A DNA stretch of 62,487 nt, filler included, from Choristocarpus tenellus KU-1152 (taxonomy: Eukaryota > Protista > Phaeophyceae): NCBI GenBank assembly GCA_964200185.2. It is 9 parts of 9 records of this genome, joined end to end, with 100 filler letters (N's around TTAATTAATTAA, not from the genome) between each part and the next. Parts side by side here need not be neighbours in the genome. Positions count along the whole stretch, not along the records: positions 25,569 to 32,599 come from CAXNAD020006819.1; positions 32,700 to 37,003 come from CAXNAD020015203.1; positions 37,104 to 40,448 come from CAXNAD020020670.1; 6 more parts are not named here. One strand, 5' to 3'. Below, piece by piece: positions 26,435-37,305 of this stretch (its first letter is position 1; every line of letters starts with the position of its first letter). The notes beneath the pieces were generated by a model. It did no database searches. It saw only the letters and a program-made list of their open reading frames with translations, and was not told the origin of the DNA. Both the position numbers and the translations under genes were made by a program.

Positions 26435-28415
26435 ATGGGTATCGATCTGGTGGCCGGTGGTCGTCGCGTGGGCCACAAGGTCCGTACGGCCCCTAAGTCC
26501 AAAAATGTGTACCTTGGCCTCCTCGTGAAGCTATACCGTTTTCTTGCACGAAGGACAGACAGCGACTTCGTCGCTACTATCCTGAAGCGTCTCTACATGT
26601 CCAAGACAAACCGGGCACCGCTTTCTCTTTCCCGCCTGGAGCGCTACATGAGGGGAAAAGAATCCCAGACGGCTGTGATTGTGGGCACTATTACGGATGA
26701 CGTGCGCCTGCTCAAGGTGCCTAAACTTTCGGGTAAGACACATTGCTTTCGGTGTTAGATCCAGTTTTGAGTCGTCTAGTCGCAGACTTTTAAACCTGAA
26801 GGGTAGGTGAGGGGAAGAACCAGCGTGAATAGAAAAATCTTTGCTAGGAGGTCTTGCCATTGTCGTGGTAGTTTTGTGTCCCATAGGCGACTGTGTTGCT
26901 GCTGCGATTCCCTCCCCGCTGCCTTTGGTGGTCTTTGTTGTGGACTCTGACAGCCCCCTTGCAATGACTTACGTACTTCTAATTTCCTGACTTGATTATC
27001 CTTATTCGCTATTTCGCGTGAATCGTTGTGAGGTGATCTATCGGATAGGTACACGGGTTTGGGAAAGCTAAAATTGAAAAATGCCGAAGGGAGAGAAAAG
27101 GGAAGGGGTAACTTTTGGCTATTCCTTAAATTTTACGGATCAGTCCCCCCAAAATAACGCTACTCTTTTGCACGAATGAGTCAAGATGATCCGACTGGTT
27201 ACTTGAGGTTTTGTTATGCAGTGTCTCTGTAACTTGGGATGTGTATGCACAAACCAGGTGCAGGTAACCTTTCTCTTGGAATGCATTGATGTGTGTCCGT
27301 CCAACTTTGATATGTCCCAGTCGTTTCCATGTCTGCACTTTGGTTTCTTGTAAAATACCTCAATCGCCCTTTATGAAAGAGCCTCTTGGATATGGTCTAG
27401 AGCCGAGGGCCAGCAAAGCTGTTGCCAAGTATAGAATTTGAGTTTGATGTCCTGCTGTTTTGATTGACTTGTTTCCCTTACATCAATCCAGTGTCTATAT
27501 TGATTTTTGGTTTCCTGGGTGGTATGGTATGATTATAGATGAAACTGATAACCGTACGTAAGGACTTTATATTTCCATTTGGCGTGAATGTATGGTGTAA
27601 CACCACTCTGCCTACTTTTGTTCTCACTTGTTGGCCAATAGTGCAGTAGTGCACTTTGCTTAACTTGTCATTGATTGGCCTCATGCTGATTAGCAAATTG
27701 AATATTCTGTTCCCTGCCCTGCATGCACATTCTTTTTATTTTCATCAAGCACAGTGAAGTAGATTGAAATGTGTTGTCGTGGTTATTTCTGTTGACTCAA
27801 ACTTCTGATTCCCAGCTCTACACCCTTATATCTACACCCTTATATTCCTTGTGGAATACCATATTCTCACTTGATCTTTTGCAGTGTGTGCACTTAAGTT
27901 TACGGAGACAGTCCGTGCTCGCATCTTGGCTGCGGGCGGTGAGTGCATCACCTTTGACCAGCTGGCTCTTCGTTCCCCCAAGGGATCCAACACTGTTCTT
28001 CTGCGGGGACCAAAGAATGCAAGAGAGGCTGTACGACACTTTGGTCATCGCACCACGTGAGGACAGATTGCTAGTTTATTTTTGAGGGCATGATATCTTT
28101 TACACAAGAAAAAATGTGCCATTCTTTGAGTAGTGAGCAGTGAGTAGTAATGTTTATTTCGAAACTGTATTGGTTTGGGGAGTAGAAGAGAATTGTTTTG
28201 GTCAGGTTAATGCCGGAGAGGCAGTATCTACCTATTGACTGTGCCAAAGTAAACCTCTTGTTCACATTGTGTCATCTTACTTTTTATTCTCATTTGATGT
28301 TGTCTCTTCCAGTGTGAACAACTTGCACACTCACAACAGTGTCAAGCCTTATGTGCGTTCCAAGGGTCGCAAATTCGAGAAGGCCCGTGGTCGCCGCAGG
28401 TCCAACGGTTTCAAG
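26435..28415 (+). CDS. RPL18: 60S ribosomal protein L18 (eL18); exons 26435-26732, 27885-28056, 28313-28415 plus an unlocated tiny terminal exon
   Basis: MGIDL...[25 protein letters not shown]...[28 protein letters not shown]...[24 protein letters not shown]; phases consistent; strong GTGAG donor at 28416. Confidence 0.97.
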
Positions 28416-31400
28416 GTGAGGTGGAAGTTTTTAGTATGTTTTTTTCAATCCCTTGTAGGTAGGTTACAATACACCTGAAATGGTTAAGCACAGTACCTAG
28501 TAATGAATGTCTTACTCTGATGAGAGGTTTTTAGGAATATCTAGCGAATAGTAGCAGTAGTGGATGTGCAGTGCAAGGTTTACAGGGTGTATATCTCCTG
28601 TCCAAAGTTGATCTTTCTTAATACTCTTAATACCACCGTGTAATGAGGTGGTCAGTTTAAATGAAAATGCACTTTTGAACTTCAGAAGAAAAGATCACCT
28701 TGTGCGAGATGATGTGATTGTTGATCGCTAAGAACGTTGGTCTCAGGGGACTTTACTCAAGTATTGGAAACGCCAGGACATTTGTCACCAGTGTTATGAT
28801 GTTACAATGTTAGAATTTCAGAAGATGGACTATGTGGAAGAGGCTGTGAGTGTTTGAATAGTATCTGATCAATGTACGTCCCTATGTTTTTTTTATTGTC
28901 TGTACCTCCAACCAGATCTAGGCATGTTTGTGAGAAGTTTGATGCTATCTGCTTCTGGGTGGTGCTCATTTTTCCTGCATTCTGCCATGATCAAGACTGC
29001 ATCACAAGCCACTCTAGCTCTTGTTACAGAAATAGTGACCAAGGACTGTGTGACTGTGTTGGCATAGCACCTGGTGCACCAAAGCATACTATTTGGGCAA
29101 GGTACAGTGTGGTTGAGCAATGAAGAGTGCATGCCCTAAGGAAGTTAATGACAAGGACAGGGTGATACCCATGATGACAATGCCCTGTGAGGGATGCATT
29201 TTGCAAACCTGCATTCTCATAATATCATTTTGAATCTCATGATTAGCAAGCTCTGAATGCAGCACTTGCTACCTACATAGTCCATTACCCAAACTGTTGT
29301 TAGAAGAATACAATGGATCAAGACACTCTGGCACTCCGCATGTTAGCCACCTGCAGCAATAGTTAAGAAGGTAAAGTGTGTTAGGGTGTATTGCAATGTT
29401 CTTTCACAATGCTCGGAGAATTATTCTTACTGGGTCGTAACTGTCCATGGAGGCAAGGTTTTTGATACAATGGTGTTCTTGCCTTGCTGTGTTTGCTGGT
29501 TCTACCTGTTGTGACAACCTGACAAGTGAGCTTTTCCAAGGGAGGTTTAGTTTAGCACATGTTTTATCACACGGATGTTTTGGTTTACAACAATACCAGT
29601 TAACACAAAGGATCATACTCGGAGGAGGGTAGCTAATAGAGCTCAAGTTCCCTTTTTGGTATAGACAGACTTCAAATGAACCTGCAGGTTTATAAATGAG
29701 AGGCTGTTGGAATAATCACATCAATAATTTTCTTAGTATAGAAACTCAATTTTTCTTTTTCAAGAGTTGACCTAAACCTCGTTTTTGTCCAAATTAGGTG
29801 CTACACCCTCGAGATGTTGAAGTGACTTGAGTTATTACAGACACAAATTAAATCTCATGTACCTAATAGTTGAACAATATTCCCCATGCCAAGGGGTTTT
29901 AATGTGTATTTATATGTTGGTCTATCTCCACAAAGCTATCTTCTGTAAAGTGAAAACTGCTAACTGAGAAAGTCTAAAATCCTTTGTGGCATCCTTTATT
30001 ATTATTTTTGAATATGCTACTATGTCTTCAGATACAAGAAAAGTCCTGTAGATAACCTAAATTTTGACATACAGCATAATAATTATATGCCTCCAAAGTT
30101 GTGGAGATTGCATGGTTTTGTTCTATTCATACGGAATGAAGTCAAGAGCAGATGGAAAATGACTACTCCTCGTATGTTGGAACATAATTTTTGTGTATGA
30201 AGAGCGATACCTCGAAATGAACATTCTAGTTTTTTTAATCTTTTATTCAGTATTCCTGTATTGGAGAAGTTGTACTGAGGACAATACTATATATATACCC
30301 TCAACAACACCCCAACAGACAAAATTGATCTGTTTGGTTAGGTCCTGGTTACAAATAGAAGAGATCCCCACTACTCACTGCCAAACAACAAATGCACACT
30401 ACTTACCACACACTTAAGTTCTACTGGAGAAAAAATGGAGGATACACAATGTGACCCTTGTGTACATTGTTGAGTCTTTCATCCCACCATTGTTATATTT
30501 TAGACCAGATTTTCAATCTTTTGCAATTCACCCACATTTCTATGGATGCAAATTAAATCTCTTTTTACTAGAGAGTAGATTCTCTACTGTTTAAGAATAT
30601 TCCATAGACATTAGCTAAATAGGTACTTTGCACATAATATTGTCAGGATCCTTAAAATGTAACTCTGGGTACTTCATTTACTTTTGGTATTGTCCATCGA
30701 AGGGGGATGCAGATATTTTCTGTATCGATATTTTATGGCCAACTCAAGTACATGTTGGTAGTTGGTAGAGCAAGAAGACTAATACAGGCAATCTTAATTG
30801 TTCATCAACTCCACAATTGAACAAATAGTAGGTGCATATTAAATTGATGTAAGACCAATAGATTGTAACTCCATACATCATTAATAAAACATCATGTTGA
30901 AGTAGATGAAAATTGTACCTGTTCTTCAAACAACAATTCAAACTCTTGAAGCCTTGGATTGGTGGGATCATCTTTTGCTTCATCTGACAAAATCTTTACG
31001 CTTTCTCACTACCCTTGTTGAAAAGAGAAGAAAAAGTACTGATAATGAGAGATCAAGAGGCACTTCTCTTGGATAGTAACTATAAAACCCTTGAGTATAG
31101 TCTAGGGTTAGGGTAGTCTGATGAAAGTAAAAAAACCAACTTACCTTGGAATGTAGGAGGTTGTGAATATGATGTACCATGCCCTTGATAATTTAAAGAG
31201 GTTAATTTTTACCTTGTCCTTCAACATATAATAAATAGCACACCTACATCACAGCAAAATATAGGAAATTCAGTTGCAGACAACCCAATCACCAAGTTCA
31301 ATCTCAAGGCAATGCTGAACTGGGTTTTCATTAAAAATGCTTATTATTATGAACATTGATCACATCCATCCGTATGATGATCTCTTTCCTCACTTGTCAG

Positions 31401-31548
31401 ATACTACTTGGAAAGAAGTCTACTTACTGTCCAAGAATAATTAGACACCAAAGTATCCCACAACACCACTAACAAACAGTAAAGTAGTTCACACTCACTC
31501 ACTTATTGCACAATCAAAATGTTGCGATTGCCAACACCACTACCTTTT

Positions 31549-31572
31549 CTAACCCTAACCCTAACCCTAACC
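31549..31572. repeat. Interstitial telomere-like (CCCTAA)n; also 42685-42704 (TTAGGG) and 48308-48322
   Basis: Four tandem CTAACC units seen directly. Confidence 0.8.
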
Positions 31573-31622
31573 TTCATACAATGGAAAGAAGCACAAAAGA
31601 TGTCCATATTAGCTAAACCAAC

Positions 31623-31825
31623 TCAGAGGCAGGCAGGGTTGCATTTTAAGGATCTCAACAAAGGACAACAATGAGTTATTTCATACAATTGCAGAAGGAC
31701 CCTCTGGTTCATTGTGGTGTCACTTTGTGTGTGGAAAGGGAACACACCAATTTGGCGTGCACTATGATGGACATAAAAAAATGAAATAGATTGTACTGTA
31801 TAGGGTAAGAAAGATACTTGCTGGT
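31623..31825. mobile_element. MITE-like family C partial copy; short end fragments also at ~30645-30670 and ~42335-42370
   Basis: GAGGCAGGCAGGGTTGCATTTTAAGGATC...GTCACTTTGTGTGTGGAAAGGG...GGGTAAGAAAGAT. Confidence 0.75.
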
Positions 31826-33323
31826 AAGAAAAAAACTAAATATCATTCATTGAAGGTATTACATATTACACAAAATCATCATTTGGCCGCTATAGTTACT
31901 TAGTTGGTTTACCCCATTCACTACCATCAGGATCAAATGCCTTTTCCTCTTTATCCAATTGATGCCTCAGACTCGATAAATTTGTCGTGCCACGAACTCC
32001 CCCATGGGCAAGGGGATCTGCTTCTGGTGCACCTTGAAAAGTTTCTGGGGGATCTCTATGTGACGTTGATGTCTCTTGTTCCTTCTTTGACCCATCTTCA
32101 ACAAAGCGACCAGCATCAGAGGCAGGTTCAACCAGTAAGACCACAATGAGCAAATACGATGACAGCAAAGTAGGGAATGATTAATTGCCACTAACTTTGG
32201 TATCACACTAGGAACACATGACCAAGCACTACTTAAATTATTGTGTCATACGTTCATTTAGTCATGGAGGGACTGACTACTGTTGAGGTCTACTTCTGCT
32301 ACACCCCCATCAATGCGTCACCCCCTTAAGTAGTTGTACTATCAATAAAAGTAACATCACTTGTACCATTATCCAATGCAACACAAGCTGAATACATTAC
32401 ATTCCTGATCCTAACCACATTGTATTTGTTGACTGGCAGAGTGGAGGTAACTTCACACAAAAAGTCTGATCTATAAACTGGGCAGAGCAATATGAATATG
32501 GTCAGTTTGTCAGTACCTCCACACCATGGATATGGCAATATATGTATCCTTGTTCTGGACACACCTTCTCATAACGTATACATCAAAGTATCTGGGGGGN
32601 NNNNNNNNNNNNNNNNNNNNNNNNNNNNNNNNNNNNNNNNNNNTTAATTAATTAANNNNNNNNNNNNNNNNNNNNNNNNNNNNNNNNNNNNNNNNNNNNA
32701 AGAGAGCTCTTCCAATATAGTCCTTTCATTATGCTGTATGGATGTGTTTATTAGCGGAGTGAGCACTACCCTCGAGGTGGGAGGGGTGCTCTCCCTTGTT
32801 ATCTAATGTGTACGTCATCAAACACGTCAGAAATATGTTTAAAATATGTTTGTGACAGTTACACTACGTCAGTCACTTATGAAGTTCAAGTTATACTACG
32901 TCAGCCACTTATATGAAATAGAAATTAAAACTCAACCCATCGAGACTCGAAACGGTTATTCTACACACATGGAAACATGTCCGTGACACTTACTCTACTG
33001 AGTCAACACTCCTATTGTCTAGTACTGGTCACTAAACACATAACACTATAGACTACCTAGCCTATATTGCACAGTACACAGAAAAAAACAGTGGTCATAA
33101 TCATAATATCGCGGAGGGGAAGAATACAACTCGTACACACCCGCCTCGTTTGTGAATATTGCTCACTTCCATACAAAAATCCCTAACGAGCCCGCCTTCA
33201 GGATCACAGTACATGTTTTGATTTTTTTTCCCATTTTTCGAGTTCCTGTAACCCATATAACAACACACACAAAATACGTGACCATCTCTGCTCCTGAAAC
33301 CCATTCGCCACACTGCCCCAGAT

Positions 33324-34574
33324 TTGAGACGTGCCACCTGCGTCCTCATGGCGCCAGGCAACACCACTCGTGGGGTCTATGACACGGACGATGTATGGGC
33401 CAAGCAGAGGGGTTCCTTAAACGCTAGCTTGTCCTCTCTGGTTCTGCACCCGAGGGGGGTGGTACACTTATACGCTATGCTGGAGGGGAACCGTGACCCC
33501 GAGAAAGAGGAACCCTATGCACATGAGCTGTCAAAACTTTGTCATAAGTTCTGGACAGAAGAAGAGAGTGCGGAAGAACAGGACGGGGGACTTAGCGGCA
33601 CTCCCAAAGCGTCCAAGGGTGTCAAGGTCTCCCGTGTCCGACTGCCTTCCAGCAGTGACACTGTGAAGAGAGAGACTTGGGATCTTTTCCGATTGGGTGG
33701 GATGCCCCGGATGATGAAATGGAAGAAATGGCAGAAACACCCACAGTATCACGGACGACTCCAACACATGGCAAGGAGTCAGTTGTGGATAGTTATAGCG
33801 ATGACCGTTCCACAGAAAGCGGAGTGGTTGATGTTGAACAGGTCGACCCGTACTCCAGATCACCTCCCGGTAAGAGGCAAAGGTCTTCAGGAGGTGTTGT
33901 GAGTGTTAGGGATTCCGGATCTCTACAGGACTCAGGTTCTGAGAAACACGTCCCCACTCGCAAGGGGAAAAGAACGCCTGTAACCCCCCCGGTTACCTTG
34001 AGGGAATATCTTCTCACCTGTATGTAGCAGTGGTCAGGTGTCAGCCACAAATACACCGTCGGACATAAAGGAGAGTGATGTGGACTTGGCAGACAGCGAC
34101 GATGAACTGCCCATGTCCGAGGATGGTAAGTTTAACATCGGAATGACAGATCGATTCCTTGAGGCTTGCGCGGAGGAACTCCTCCGCCCAGCAAACCTAT
34201 CCTCATCAACATATTATCGTGTGAAAACCTGTGTCCTTCAACAGGTTATTCATGACTACGGATTTAGGTCGATGCGGGCTGGCAAATCTGCAAATCTTCT
34301 TGTCCTTGACGATCACTGCTATGTGCACAAGGGAATCCTTGATGGCTTGTGCCATGGTGTGGGTAATACCAAGAGGACGCTGTGTGCGAAGGACATAGAA
34401 GCACTCACTGCGAGAAAAGCTGTGCTTTTCGGTCGTGTCGAGGCAGAACTGTGGAATGACAAGTACTCCTCCCCCCTAAATCTTTGGCATGCGTTGACAG
34501 AGGTTTACCCAAAGTTTATAGATTGGTGGAAGGAAGGGAGGTGGGACTTCACACATGCTCACCGGCTCAAGTAG
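33324..34574 (+). pseudogene. Intron-less, frameshifted unknown coding region (ORFs 33324-33902, 33677-34027, 34038-34574); probable TE or viral relic
   Basis: About 1.25 kb of overlapping protein-like ORFs in two frames with no obvious splice structure; no family recognised. Confidence 0.45.
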
Positions 34575-36339
34575 ATTCTTTTTGGTTTCAGGTCGAAGTT
34601 GAAGTAAGAGCGTACTTTTTGCGGACTTTATTCTTTCTGTTCCTTGCACAATGTGTCCAACAACCAGGTTTGCACGATCTGGACCAAAAATTGTATTTGT
34701 AGACTCTGCAGTTGTACCTGTACGGCGTTTGACTTTGCACGGCCTCAGGTAAATGTTTTAGATGTTGGAGTTTATAACTGGCAGGGCAACCCTAATTCAA
34801 GACAAATTCATAGAAACGTTATCCCTGCTGTGAACTATTCGACTTGATCAAGTCCAATGTGTCCGTCTCTTACCAAATATTGAATCAGCTTTGGTTCAAT
34901 ATTTGGGTTCTCATCTGTATATAGGTATTTTCCAAATGTTTTACAACAGCACACACCTCCTGACAAATACAAGTGTAGTATCCCGTGGGATAACACCTTT
35001 TCACACCCTAAACAGTTCTTCTTCTGATGCGAAGCGAGGTTGACAACCTTGAACACCAATCAATGTCTAACACAGCATATCGTCCTCATCGCACCGTGGA
35101 GGTGAACATCAGAATTCTTCTCATGTTTTCCCTGCACTGTTATGGGGTGCTTTGGTGATCACAGGATAACACTGTTTGGGAATCTATAGTTTACAGATAC
35201 GATACCCGTATACCATAACATACATTCGAAACTTGGCCTAACCCTTAGACCAAACGAGGGTACCCTTCGGTCTTAGTTTCAATGATCGACTCCTGTTCCG
35301 AGTGTTTCATACCAATATTTCTCATAAACGTTTCAACTTTGATTAAGCTTGTATAGCTGTGTATCGTACCTCTGGAAGACATATCCTTTGCGCCAAACTG
35401 TCACATCCTTACATTCCAGCAAGTTTTAAATACATCCAAAATTAGGCGTGCGTCTGTCAACAGCCTGTTTCCCTAATGGTGTCACAATGTTTACATAATG
35501 GGTTTCACCGTAGTGTCATTGGTCAAGGAATCGGTCACATTGTCCCTAACCCTAAGTAATTAATGATTTAATGACACTAAAAAACACTCGCTATTTCCCA
35601 TAATTCCCAAGCCCACAGAGATTTGCATACAAGCAGGTACATGTGATACATTGTTCATGCTACTCTTGTCACCAAATCGACCTACATCCGTGACATGACC
35701 CACCCCTCACCCACGTGGACAGCCGTCAACCTAGCCCGCTAACCACAACACTACCCTCATGTGGACATACTTCAAAAAATCAACATACGGCCCCTCAACA
35801 AACGTATTCCTAACCCTTTCCACCTCCAGCATATCACTCGCTATCACAAAGAAAACCCAATGAATATCAGTCTACCGAACGGACCAACACTTAATCCTAA
35901 GAACTTCTTCATGCCATATCCGACCATACTTAAATCGATTACACAATTTGGTCGCTCGATTTTAAAAGTTCAATTATGGAATTACAACAATATTCATCAC
36001 CGTACACCAACAAATATAACTACTCGATTAACTCCAAGTAATCCGACCAATTCCAAACCTCGTTAGTGATGCCTCTTCACAATGAATGTAGACATTTGTT
36101 CACCTCACGAAGCACAAACCACCAGATAACCCTAATGAATTACAATTTTTTTCAATATTTCATGAACAGAAGCACGCGAAAATGGGCACTTGATCATATA
36201 CCTAAACCAGTCCCCAACCATTCCTTTCATTAATTCAAGTCCAAATTCAAAAATCCTCAAAGCAGTCGCAGTCTATTTTGCTGGACTTAAGCCTACCACG
36301 ACTATAACTAAGTGTAATCCATACACATAACTACGAAAC

Positions 36340-36442
36340 ACACCTTCAATCCCCCGCATATAAGCATGTTACCCAAGAATCGCGATATGGTAAAATGAAC
36401 CCCAAATGGACATCCAACCCCCCCTCCCAGATACTTTGACCC
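36340..36442. mobile_element. MITE-like family A right half, truncating the kinase fragment
   Basis: CCCCAAATGGAC + C-run + AGATACTTTGACCC. Confidence 0.75.
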
Positions 36443-36754
36443 ACCTTCTTTCCCCACTGGTCGGGCAAACTCAAAATCTGCAAGCTTGATGGTGGCATCA
36501 TCAGTGTCAATGACAAGGAGAAGATTCTCTGACTTGAGGTCACGGTGTGCGACATCACGATCATGACAATACCTCACTGCGTCCAGCAGTACAACCAATG
36601 TGTCTCTCGCTTCCTTCTCATTGTAGTACTGGCGGAGGACAATACGGTCAAGGAGCTCGCCACCATTGAGCACCTCCATCACAAGGTAATAGAAGTACTT
36701 CTCCTCGTATATTCCATACAGCTCTACAATGTTCTAGTGATCCAACTGATGTGT
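36443..36754 (-). pseudogene. CaMK-family Ser/Thr kinase fragment (subdomains IV-VII), decayed
   Basis: [35 protein letters not shown]...YNEKEARD...AHRDLKSENLLL...IKLADFEFAR: in-frame TAG at 36736-36734, PEN to SEN, DFG to DFE, and cut by a MITE. Confidence 0.85.
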
Positions 36755-37305
36755 ACAAGATGATAATGCAGCAAGGGATAAAGTGAGGGAGCCGTTTGGG
36801 CACAACGTAGATATTAACAATACAGTCAAAAACACGCAAAAACAATCTTGAGGCATGGCGCTAGGGTAATACTGTTACAGGCGAATAACACGAGTACTTC
36901 TTCCTGCGCTTTGACTGGCGCGAGCAGTATACACGTGTGGGGAACCCCAAAAGGGGGAACTCCAATTCGTCTAAAAGTTGCAGAATAACCTGTAACTCCG
37001 GTANNNNNNNNNNNNNNNNNNNNNNNNNNNNNNNNNNNNNNNNNNNNTTAATTAATTAANNNNNNNNNNNNNNNNNNNNNNNNNNNNNNNNNNNNNNNNN
37101 NNNACATGAAAAAATTGACCCCAAATGGACAGCCGCCACCCCCTCCCAGATACTTTGAGCCTTTTGATGCTATACAGTAATATTTTTCATCACCTCACCA
37201 TCACTCAAAAGTGCTCATTGAACAAAGCTCAATGTTCTCAGTATGTTCATGAGAGTATGAACCTCACATCATGAAGTCATAGTATGATCTTGGACTTTTC
37301 CATAC

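Noticed and set aside
29171-29256. Box C (ATGATGA) / box D (CTGA) snoRNA candidate downstream in the RPL18 locus
   Set aside because: No terminal stem and no rRNA-complementary guide that I could recognise; a snoscan run would be needed.
30918-32480. Exon-like minus-strand pieces (e.g. KILSDEAKDDPTNPRLQEFELLFEEQ; ORF 31896-32168)
   Set aside because: Could not be joined in phase without stops or assigned to a family; may be a decayed gene.
34260-34320. AGKS followed by LLVLDD as Walker A/B of a viral helicase
   Set aside because: Motifs are only two residues apart and lack GxxxxGK spacing.
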